Assembly: GCA_944391465.1 (NCBI GenBank)
Contig: CALXTS010000004.1
Span: 7,942 to 71,941 of the forward strand
Direction: 5' to 3'
DNA: 64,000 nt
Source: an uncultured Alphaproteobacteria bacterium
GTDB taxonomy: Bacteria > Pseudomonadota > Alphaproteobacteria > RF32 > CAG-239
The translations under genes were made by a program, and so were the position numbers. The notes under the pieces were generated by a model, which worked only from the letters and a program-made list of their open reading frames with translations, was not told the DNA's origin and made no database searches. Positions 9,930-19,400 of this stretch are shown piece after piece; within the stretch, counting starts at the first letter, position 1; the number at the start of each line of letters is the position of its first letter.

Positions 9930-10706
9930 ATGGCTGAAAATCCAAATAATTTTGATAATCGCACTAGATTAAAAAAAGTTAAAAGACCAATTAATCGTGC
10001 ATTGCCGCAAATGCCCGAGAATAGATCTAATCCACAAAACGCGTCTACTCCTCCCAAACCTTCGGTAGACAATGCGCAGAATATCTCTTCACCGATGCAA
10101 AATGCTTCTGAAGAGATTGTAAAAGCGAATCCATTCCAACAATCTTCAATACCATCTGCTGGAGCAAAAGATGCTTTTGATTTAGATACATTTTTAGATA
10201 GTACTGATAAATTGCCAACGGCATCTCATCTACCTAATAGAAATGCGAATCAACACCCTCAGTTTTTGGGCAGCGAAGAATTAAACTCTGCATTAGATTC
10301 TGAAGAAAATAATGAAAATTATGAAGATGAGATTGTTCAATATCCGCTTTATGCAAATAAAAAAATATTATTCATCTTCGGTTTTTTGCTGTTTTTTATC
10401 GGTTTAGTTGCAGGAAAGTTAATTTTTAAGGATGAACGAGTTGTACGAAATGGATTACAAGGTGTTGTTGTAAATTCAGAAGTTCCGAGAGGTAGAGCCC
10501 GTTGCGGTTTAGCGGAAAGAACTCAGGGATGTGTTTTATACCTAATGAATCCTCAACGGCAAGAGCTCAATGCGAAGGATTTTTATGACTTGGCTTCACA
10601 ATTAACCGGAAGACAACGGTTTGTCATTGAGACAGGGAATATGCGTTATGCAAATACTAAAATTCGTCCCGGCGATATAGCTCAGATAAATATTCCGCCT
10701 TTGTAG
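9930..10706 (+). CDS. Bitopic membrane protein: polar/Pro-rich N-terminus, one TM helix, ~90 aa C-terminal domain (unknown function)
   Basis: 258-aa ORF 12 bp after the secretin-like gene. TM segment ILFIFGFLLFFIGLVAGKLIF. No family recognised. Confidence 0.55.
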   Translation: MAENPNNFDNRTRLKKVKRPINRALPQMPENRSNPQNASTPPKPSVDNAQNISSPMQNASEEIVKANPFQQSSIPSAGAKDAFDLDTFLDSTDKLPTASHLPNRNANQHPQFLGSEELNSALDSEENNENYEDEIVQYPLYANKKILFIFGFLLFFIGLVAGKLIFKDERVVRNGLQGVVVNSEVPRGRARCGLAERTQGCVLYLMNPQRQELNAKDFYDLASQLTGRQRFVIETGNMRYANTKIRPGDIAQINIPPL

Positions 10707-10720
10707 TTTCTTTCTCAATA

Positions 10721-10760
10721 AAAAAACACCCTTGTTTTTTTATAAAAGCTGGGTGTTTTT
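10721..10760. terminator. Bidirectional hairpin terminator between the + operon and the end of the virB operon
   Basis: AAAAAACACCC (10721-10731) pairs with GGGTGTTTTT (10751-10760) around a 19-nt loop. An A run lies on one side and a T run on the other, so a U tract exists in either orientation. Confidence 0.55.
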
Positions 10761-10920
10761 GTTTTATACAGAAAATTTAATTAATATAAAACTTGGAATA
10801 TAATCATTCCCGTTATACCACAAAAACTGCTTGCTCAAGTCAAGCCAGTAGCTATGCTTATTATTGCGAAGATTTGATCGGAACCTATTATGCTGACAGT
10901 TGTTATACTGGTTATGATAT

Positions 10921-11889
10921 TTAGGTCACTTCCGTAACCGCACGGAGGTTTCCGTCTCGGTTAATCTGGACTACTCGTAATTTTTGACGCATTTCCTCAA
11001 TTGTTTTCTTGCGGTCTATTGTCGGGTACGTGTGCAGAATTCGATCCGTAAAGGCTTGGTATGCCGCTTCTGAACTTTCTGCGTGAATCGTGGCAAGGCA
11101 GTTATCGTGTCCGGAGCCCATTAACTCCCACAAAGCTCCGGCATTTCCCGTCGAAATCTCTCCGCCAATAATCGCATCCGGCGTGAAACGAACAACCAAG
11201 TCTATTACTTTTGCATAGTTTAAGGCGTTTGTTTGCTCTGTACGAGATAAAACAATATGGACTCTATTGGGGTGCGGAACCATCAATTCTCGGGTATCTT
11301 CAATTGTTAAAATTCTTTTATGAATATCTAAAATCTTAAGCAAGTTATTTAAAAACGTGGTCTTTCCGGTTGCTGTTGCACCACTTACTAAAATGTGGTC
11401 TCCGCGTTTGATACTCAGCAAAAGTCTTTCATACGGATCTTCCGGCTCTTTAATGTCCTTTAACGGATTTATTTTATGTAACTTATGACCTTGCGCCAAT
11501 CCATAGTCGTCCAAACCAAATGCAACATCGTCCGAGTGGACACGAATCGTTAGGGCTATTCCTCCGGTAAGGTCATCATTATCATACATAACATTACGTC
11601 CGCATATGGCGGAAAAACGGTGTTCCCCAGGAATCGCCGCATAAACTACAGGGTTGCCTTGTATCGGGTCAAACGGAAGCTCATAAGTATTGGCTATAAT
11701 ATAAAGCAAATCCGTCAAATATTCTTTTGTTAACTTTTCATCTTTATACATAACCCACGGATAAGCTCTTTTGCCGCGAAGGCGTAGCCAGATTTGTCCG
11801 GCTCTATTAATCGCCACCTCTTCTATATTCTCCTGATTATACCAGTATGATAATGGGCGAAGAATTGATTCCAATACGGCAAAACTCAT
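10921..11889 (-). CDS. virB11: VirB11-type T4SS traffic ATPase
   Basis: Walker A SGATATGKTT, Walker B-like ILTIEDTRE, RFTPDAIIGGEI, His box GHDNCLATIHA. 322 aa, directly after virB10. Confidence 0.93.
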   Translation of the reverse strand: MSFAVLESILRPLSYWYNQENIEEVAINRAGQIWLRLRGKRAYPWVMYKDEKLTKEYLTDLLYIIANTYELPFDPIQGNPVVYAAIPGEHRFSAICGRNVMYDNDDLTGGIALTIRVHSDDVAFGLDDYGLAQGHKLHKINPLKDIKEPEDPYERLLLSIKRGDHILVSGATATGKTTFLNNLLKILDIHKRILTIEDTRELMVPHPNRVHIVLSRTEQTNALNYAKVIDLVVRFTPDAIIGGEISTGNAGALWELMGSGHDNCLATIHAESSEAAYQAFTDRILHTYPTIDRKKTIEEMRQKLRVVQINRDGNLRAVTEVT

Positions 11890-11901
11890 TAATTTCTCTC
11901 C

Positions 11902-14900
11902 TTAAAACAAAGCCGGAACACCACTATTCGTTGTTGTTGTTGATGTATCACTATAGCTTGGGGTAGATGGCGGCGGAGGCGGTGCGCTTACCAAAGCCGG
12001 AGGCGTTGAGGTTGTTTTTTTGGTTTGTTTGGGGGTATCAACCAACGGGGTTGCCGGTTTGGCATCAACATCTCCCTCATCATAAACAACATCGCTGTTA
12101 GCGCTTGATACGGCACTTTGTTTAATGCTGTTGCTTTCATTTGCTTTACGCTCAGCACCTGTTTTTCCGTCATCAATAAATACTGTCGGTTTTTGCAGAT
12201 TCAAGCTCTCGTCTTGATCTCTTTCTACCGTTCTTAACCACAAATCCGTATTCGGATAAACAATAATTCTGGTTCCTGCCGGAATATATGTCATCGGTTT
12301 AATATTTGATTTATCTGCCAGAATCTCATCAAAAATTTGATTCATTTCATTCAGGAAGTTCTCACGAGCATCGTTTGCCGCTTGTTGTCTCGGCGTTTCT
12401 GTCTCTCCGGTTGTATCGCTTGTCGGAGCCATGAAATATGATGTGGCACTGGTCAATGTACTTGTCATAATCGGCAAAGTATATTTTTTGAACAACTGTT
12501 GATCAACATATCCGAGAGCTCCGGCTCGACCTTGAGCATCTCCGGTTAAGCCCTGGAATACAAACAACGAACCATCCGGACGAATCAATCTCTCCCATGA
12601 AATTTGAACGCGAGCAGATTCCGAAGTTGCTTCCGAACTTGCCGTAACGCCACCCAACGTTCCCATTAGGCGGCTTCCGGCCGGAATAATAACATTACGT
12701 CCTTCTTCAGCATAAACATTTCTTTCGACGAACGCCGTAATCGGAGCCGGATTGTTACTGTCAATCGCTCTGGCTATAACTGCAGGAATCGGCTTATCTG
12801 CAAATATCATTTCACTTAAGTCAACTCGCCATGAGGATATGACTTTTCCTATTCCTTGTTCACTCCAATCCTTTTGCATTCCGTCAAATGCCTCTTTACG
12901 GACACCGCTGCTTATTTTACCGACACTGATATTTTTGCGGCGTTCAGACATCGCGGCATTTAATGCGGCTTGTCTTGCTGGCGAATACCTCTCTCCGGGA
13001 CCATATCCTCCGCCGGGACCAAGATTTCCGGCCGGACCCACGCCGATACCATAGGCTCCTCCTTTACCAAAAGTTCCGGGAGGTACAAACATTCCGCCTT
13101 GTGATTTTTCCGCGCCTTCTTCACTTTGAATATCTTTAACACCGATGAGGGTACCTTCATCATCTATAACCAATCCATCAGGCATTAGGCGTCCTAAATA
13201 TTCACCATCCTCGTCAACTACCGTATTATTTTCCAATATCTCACCAAGATACTCGCCGTCCGGTGTCAGTGCTATTCCAAGAGAACGTTTATAATCTCCA
13301 CTTTCCAATAAATTTAAAGCCGGATTATCTTCATCTTGTTTACTTCTTGCAGCTTGATAATTTGGAGCTTTTTGGTACCAATTTGAACTAATGCCGCCTA
13401 TGATATTGCCATTAGCATCAATAACATCGCCTTTTTCGTTAACTTGTCCGATGATTTTACCTTCAGCATTGCGGACTATTCCCGTTGAATCCGCTATTCC
13501 TATTAAATTACCATCTTTGTCATATACTGGTCGATTTCCTATATCGCCGTCTTCGGCTTTTATTTTAATATTGCCATCCAAACCTATAATATTGCCATTT
13601 TCATCTAGTCTACCAATTATGTTTCCGTTGGCATCTACCAGATTACCGTTTTCATCTAAATAGCCCAGAAAATTACCATCTTTATCAAATATCATCTTTC
13701 GTTTGGCTTCTGCACTGACTTGACTGTAATATTGCAACGATGTGGCTTTGGCAATTACTTCTCCATTTAAATTTTTAACGTCTCCATTGCCTTCCAATGT
13801 CCCGATTTTTGCCTGATTGCCATCATAGACATTGCCGTCTAAACTCAATAAACCCACGACTAAACGCGATTTATCTCTAATGTAAAAATCACGGTTTCCT
13901 CTTCCGATGACTTTTTTATCCGTATCCAAAAGAAAGCCTCTGTCTATTTTTCCTATATTCTGATTGCTTAGGCTTAAAACATCCCCGCTTCGACTGATAT
14001 AACCTAAAACATTTCCGTTAACATCATAAATATACAAATCATACAAAGCATATCCAGCCCTTTGATTATTGGAAATAACATAACCGTCGAAATTAACATT
14101 TCCTATCGTTTTTTGAGCATCATCAACAACACTTCCATTCGGCAGAACTCGACCCATAAAACGGTTGTCCAATGAAAACGCATAGCGGTATTTAAATAAT
14201 GTGCCTATTGGCAGACCGGTAATTGAATTTATATTTCCGCTCGGTTGCTGATAGCCTATTATTACATTTTTATCATCAACAATTTTACCGTCTAAAATTG
14301 AATATCCGATAATTTTGTCGCCAAAATCTATTGCAGATAAATATTCTATTGTTTTTCCGTTTAATACACCGCTTTGGTTGCGTAAATTTCCGTACTTATC
14401 AACGCAGCCTATTTTTTCATTATTAAAATTAAGAACTGAGCCGTCCAACCCTGAAAGCCCTATAATATTACCCGTAAAATCAATTACAGGAGCCGGACGG
14501 TTGTAAAAACCTATGACACTGCCGCTATCGCTGATTGCTATGCCGTTATTCAAAAGTTTTCCTAAATAAACACCTCTGTAATTTTGGACATCTCCGCGAG
14601 GAGTAACGACACCTGAAACCTCACAATTTCCGTTAATAACAGCACCAAAATCTTGAAGTTGACCTATAACTATTCCATTTGTATCTACGGCTAAACCGCG
14701 TTCAACAATTTTTCCGATTGTATTACCTTTGACATCATTTACCTGACCATTAATATCTGCATAACCAACCAATCCACCGGTTTGATTTAAAACAACTCTA
14801 GTGCTAAAAGCCTCTCCTATTTTAGGCATATAATCGACAGTTTCTGCCCTGGTTGCCGTTGCGACACTGTTATCCGGAAGAACTTTTGCAATAACATTTA

Positions 14901-16449
14901 AGGCCGTATTCATTACTAGATTTTGCTCAGAAAGGCTTCCTATCAGACCTTGCGTATTAACTGCATAAATAACATCAATTATTTTACCCAAAAGTTGCTG
15001 ATTTTCTCCGATTAAAAATCCTGAAGGTAAAATCTTGCCAACGGAATTTCCTTTAAAATTAACTTGTCCGTTGAAGTCTATCTGTCCACTAACCACACCA
15101 TTAGAGCTATAAACCGTGTTTAAACGGATAGCGCTTCCCGACAACTCACCTTCCGGTGTAAAAACGTATCCGTAAGGTGATACAACGTTGTTTCCGTTAT
15201 TCCCGCTTAATAAGCTGTTGATTCCATTCAACCCGAGTAATGTATTTTGTGCATTAAAAAGCAGGCTATTCCCCAAAACTGCACCAACCATACGACCGGA
15301 TAAATCGTATGCATCACGACCAACCATATAACCTGTCGGAGTTCCACTAAGATTAATAACGCTACCGTTTGAAAGCGCATGGCCTCTCAGACTTCCTTTA
15401 AAATCAAATATCGGGCCGGTTGCGTTCAGTTGTCCAACTTGTGAACCGTCTGCTCCGAAAATAACGCCGCGAGCTCCGACCAAAGCACTAACCTCTCTGG
15501 CTTTTGACAGATTTCCGTCCGGCATAACGCGGCCCAGATATTTACCTTTTAAATCTGTTGCCGTTGCCGCTATATCTACGCTATAACCAATGACATTCCC
15601 GAGATTGTCGACTATTTTTCCGTCAGCTCGCAGGTTCCCTAATAATTTCTCATTATCTACAACTTCTCCATTATAGGTTACAAAACCCATATAGAATCCG
15701 TTATTATCAAAGGCATAGCCTGATTTTACAATCCGTCCGATAATTTGATTTTCTGCGTTATATGCAAACCCATTAGCTTTAATTCTGCCTATGATATTTG
15801 AATCGAAATCGGATACCGCACCTCCTGGAACGACACTACCGATAAATTCTCCACCAAGCGACACAACCATTTTTGATGATATTAAACGACCATCTAGCAC
15901 ATATTCGGTTCCGAGTTGGCGGTATGCGTATCCGTCAGGTGTTACTATTCCTATTTGTTGTCCCTGAAGATTGGTATATAGACCATCTCCGGTAATACGA
16001 CCTATCGTTTTTCCTTCATCTGAATAAACAAGCCCCGGAAACAAAACTCCACCGATGATATCAAAGTAATCATTAACGACCAGTCCATTCGGTAAAACTT
16101 TTCCGACAATCTGCCCCGATGGAAGACGGACCGAGCCATCATTATTTACTTTTCCTAACAATTTAGCATCGTTACCGATGGCTATACCTTGCGGAATAAC
16201 ACCTCCAATCAGACGACCATCAAAATTAATAATCAAACTGTCTGCGGTAACATTTCCGATTAACTGATTATCAAATCCGACTACTTTACCATCAGGAATG
16301 ACTTTTCCTATTAAATCTCCATTAAAATCTATTGCCGTAATTTCTTGAGCTGAAAGAGCTTTGGTTCCAAATGATAAAAACAAACTTGCCGCGATCAAAC
16401 CTTTGATTGCAGTTTGGATTTTTTGAGATATCTTTAATCCAAATTTCAA
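11902..16449 (-). CDS. virB10: Giant VirB10/TrbI homolog (1515 aa) with a huge N-terminal repeat region
   Basis: The C-terminal ~300 aa (DNA ~12130-13000) look like the TrbI/VirB10 barrel: WRVDLSEMIFADKPIPAVIARAIDS, VIIPAGSRLMGT, ARVQISWERLIRPDGS, GDAQGRAGALGYVDQQ, MTYIPAGTRIIVYPNTDLWL. TTG start at 16449 is preceded by GGAGG embedded in the end of the upstream ORF. The N-terminus is signal-like, followed by ~950 aa of repeats, a Gly-rich segment and a Pro-rich tail. Confidence 0.9.
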   Translation of the reverse strand: MKFGLKISQKIQTAIKGLIAASLFLSFGTKALSAQEITAIDFNGDLIGKVIPDGKVVGFDNQLIGNVTADSLIINFDGRLIGGVIPQGIAIGNDAKLLGKVNNDGSVRLPSGQIVGKVLPNGLVVNDYFDIIGGVLFPGLVYSDEGKTIGRITGDGLYTNLQGQQIGIVTPDGYAYRQLGTEYVLDGRLISSKMVVSLGGEFIGSVVPGGAVSDFDSNIIGRIKANGFAYNAENQIIGRIVKSGYAFDNNGFYMGFVTYNGEVVDNEKLLGNLRADGKIVDNLGNVIGYSVDIAATATDLKGKYLGRVMPDGNLSKAREVSALVGARGVIFGADGSQVGQLNATGPIFDFKGSLRGHALSNGSVINLSGTPTGYMVGRDAYDLSGRMVGAVLGNSLLFNAQNTLLGLNGINSLLSGNNGNNVVSPYGYVFTPEGELSGSAIRLNTVYSSNGVVSGQIDFNGQVNFKGNSVGKILPSGFLIGENQQLLGKIIDVIYAVNTQGLIGSLSEQNLVMNTALNVIAKVLPDNSVATATRAETVDYMPKIGEAFSTRVVLNQTGGLVGYADINGQVNDVKGNTIGKIVERGLAVDTNGIVIGQLQDFGAVINGNCEVSGVVTPRGDVQNYRGVYLGKLLNNGIAISDSGSVIGFYNRPAPVIDFTGNIIGLSGLDGSVLNFNNEKIGCVDKYGNLRNQSGVLNGKTIEYLSAIDFGDKIIGYSILDGKIVDDKNVIIGYQQPSGNINSITGLPIGTLFKYRYAFSLDNRFMGRVLPNGSVVDDAQKTIGNVNFDGYVISNNQRAGYALYDLYIYDVNGNVLGYISRSGDVLSLSNQNIGKIDRGFLLDTDKKVIGRGNRDFYIRDKSRLVVGLLSLDGNVYDGNQAKIGTLEGNGDVKNLNGEVIAKATSLQYYSQVSAEAKRKMIFDKDGNFLGYLDENGNLVDANGNIIGRLDENGNIIGLDGNIKIKAEDGDIGNRPVYDKDGNLIGIADSTGIVRNAEGKIIGQVNEKGDVIDANGNIIGGISSNWYQKAPNYQAARSKQDEDNPALNLLESGDYKRSLGIALTPDGEYLGEILENNTVVDEDGEYLGRLMPDGLVIDDEGTLIGVKDIQSEEGAEKSQGGMFVPPGTFGKGGAYGIGVGPAGNLGPGGGYGPGERYSPARQAALNAAMSERRKNISVGKISSGVRKEAFDGMQKDWSEQGIGKVISSWRVDLSEMIFADKPIPAVIARAIDSNNPAPITAFVERNVYAEEGRNVIIPAGSRLMGTLGGVTASSEATSESARVQISWERLIRPDGSLFVFQGLTGDAQGRAGALGYVDQQLFKKYTLPIMTSTLTSATSYFMAPTSDTTGETETPRQQAANDARENFLNEMNQIFDEILADKSNIKPMTYIPAGTRIIVYPNTDLWLRTVERDQDESLNLQKPTVFIDDGKTGAERKANESNSIKQSAVSSANSDVVYDEGDVDAKPATPLVDTPKQTKKTTSTPPALVSAPPPPPSTPSYSDTSTTTTNSGVPALF
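13450..16330 (-). repeat. Coding tandem repeats, ~17-18 aa period (x-DG-x-V-x-D-xx-G-xx-IG-x-V), inside virB10
   Basis: Example: DGKVVGFDNQLIGNVTADSLIINFDGRLIGGVIPQGIAIGNDAKLLGKVNNDGSVRLPSGQIVGKVLPNGLVV. The pattern continues to DENGNLVDANGNIIGRLDENGNIIG. Boundaries are approximate. Confidence 0.8.
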
Positions 16450-16452
16450 GCT

Positions 16453-19400
16453 CTAGTTCCTCCGATTTTTGGCGACTTCCTGCAAAACATAGCCGGAGAC
16501 TTTCTTATCTAAGTCAATAAATGAACCGTTATTTTTTATGTGCCCTATGTTAACACCTTGTCTATCAATAACGTTTCCTTCGGCGTTTAATCTCCCTCTA
16601 TATTCACCATCATTTCCCAAAATAGTCGTTCCGATTTTAAATATTTTTCCTATGATATTGTCATTTTGATCAATTGCCAAGCCACTCGATAAAGTTCTAC
16701 CCAGAATAGTACCGTCTTTACCTGAAATTGTACCATCACGATTTACATAACCGACAACTTTATCCATATTATCTATCACAATATCACCAAACAAAACTTC
16801 TCCAATAAGTTTTCCGGCAACATTAATAACATTTCCGTCTGATAGAACTCTCCCAATAACAACATTGCTTTTACTGATAACACTTCCGTCCGGACGAACG
16901 GTCCCTATATTATTTCCGCCAAAATCTATGACAGACCCATGATGTAAAAGGCTTAAATTAATATCTGTCGAACCTCCGGGAAGGACAGCTGTTATGATAT
17001 CCCCTTTCATATCCATTACATCTCCCAGGGCGTTTAGCAATCCCTTATAATTTCCCCAAATATCAACCATTATATTTTCAGAAATAACTTCTCCGATAAC
17101 TTCAGATTTTGTATCAACCACTTTGCCATCATGTGTTGCAAAACCTACAACAGAACCTTTGGTGTCAATGATGCGTCCGTCTATTGATGCATATCCTATA
17201 TATGAACCATCATAGCCAATGGCGGCTCCTGTTTTAGCTACGCCCCCCTGATATTCTCCTTTGCTGTCTATAAACTGCCCTTTGGGGTTTATTTTACCGA
17301 GTTTATCCCCATAAATACTCAGTAGGGTTCCGTCATACTCACTATTTCCGACATAGCTTCCTTTTAGGTTCAATATTTTTCCATGAATTGCGGGCATTCC
17401 CAAACGGCCATTATAATATCCGTTTCCATCGCCTTTTATTTTTCCTTGCGATATACCTTTGGTATCGTAGATATTTCCGTCAGGGAACAAGGTTCCGATG
17501 AGATTACCATATGCATCGACAATCGCCGTTTTCGAATCCAGTGCCGTTCCTAAAATCTCATTATTTTTCCCGACGACTAAATTATTTGCCGTTAAGCGCG
17601 CAGACGGCTTTCCATAGATTTTAACTTCACCTCGATTATCAACTTTATTTAGATAGTTTCCATCTAAATCAAATGCATATTTTTCACCTACATATTTACC
17701 GATATAGGCTCCTTGATTATTAAATACCTCTCCGTAAATACCGACACAACCGACTGCTGTCCCTGCATCATTTATCACTAGGTTATTATCATCTATTTTT
17801 CCGAGGAAATAGCCGTCAAAATCAACAGCGGCTCCGCTCTTCATTATTGCACCGACAATATTTCCTTTTTCATCCAAAACGGTTCCGTCAGGATTCATAC
17901 AGCCAACATATTTATTGCTGGCATCTTTAACTATACCGCTACTGTCTGCTGTTCCCAATATCTTACATTTATTATCAAATACTTTACCGATTTTTGCAAC
18001 CTCTCCGATGTATTTCCCTTCCGAATCGGTAACTATTCCCTCAGGCGTTATTTTATGCCCCGTTTCCTGATTTCCTTTTTTTACTTTTCCGTCTTTATCC
18101 AGATACCCTATCTGTTTGCAGCCGTATCCGACAATGAAGCCTCCTCTGACCATTTTGGCTACAATACGAGAACCATTAGGCTCACGAACCAAACCATTGG
18201 GAAGAGTTCTGCCCACAACTTGTTTCAAATCATTCTCAACTGTTCCGTCATTTTGAACTGTTCCCAACAACATTCCCTGCGGAGTTATTGGAACTTTATT
18301 TAACGAAACAAGTTTTCCGATAATATTACCGTTTTCATCAAATTCGACTTCATCACCTACAAAGCCTATTACATTTCCGTTTAAATCGACTATTGTTCCG
18401 TCTTCTAGCATACGGCCAATAATGTTGCCATTTATATCTATCAGATTACCATTTTCATCGACATAGCCGATGATATTACCATCTTTATCATAAGCTACTC
18501 GAAGTTTCTTTCCTTTCAGCGGCGCTTTCTCTGAAATAACGTTACCGTTTTCATCAACCGTTCCGACAACATTACCATTGGCATCAACAACGCTGCCATC
18601 TGGCATGACAACGCCAATTACGTTTCCGTTTTCATCAATCGCAACACGCCCTGGTTTAGTTACATAGCCAATAACGTTTCCGTTCGCATCAACCACGGTT
18701 CCGTCCGGCAAAACCTTTCCAATAACGTTTCCATTTAAATCAACCACGGTTCCGTCCGGCAAAACCCTACCGATGATATTTCCGTCCTTATCATAAACAT
18801 ATCCGGTTTCAACCGCTTTTCCTATAACTTTACCATTTAAATCAACCACCGTTCCGTCCGGTAAAACTCTACCGATAATGTTACCGTCTTTATCAACAAC
18901 CGTTCCGTCCGGATTTACATAGCCGATTAAATTACCAAATTCATCATAGACAGCACGCCGATTTTCTCCAACACCTATGACATTACCGTCTTTATCCATA
19001 ATCAAACCATTTTCGCCAACGCGGCCGATAATATTACCATTGGCATCACGAACATAGCCATCTTCATCTATATAACCAATAACTTTTCCGTCCGGACCTA
19101 TGGCTAAACGTACGGTCTTTGGTTTTTCTCCGCTTCCTTCCGCCGTCATTCCCGGAACATTTTCGCAAATTTTGCAATCTTCTTTAACAACTGCATTTCC
19201 GGTAACCGGAACTTTTGTTGTTTTTGCATTTGAACTGCTTAAGCTAAGCTCATGCCAGGTAACCAAAAAATTGTTTTGCACATTGCCGGCAATAACCGGA
19301 AGCCACGTCATGCTGATATTGCAAGTTTCTTTTCCGGATAAACTTTTTCCACTACATTCATCCTTAAAAGTAAAACCATCCGCAGGAGGATCTGCCAACT

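Noticed and set aside
10790-10924. 43-codon frame ending ...YAYYCEDLIGTYYADSCYTGYDI next to the virB11 stop.
   Set aside because: It has no ATG or SD, only a possible TTG. It is too short to distinguish from chance and is mentioned only as a possible gene remnant.
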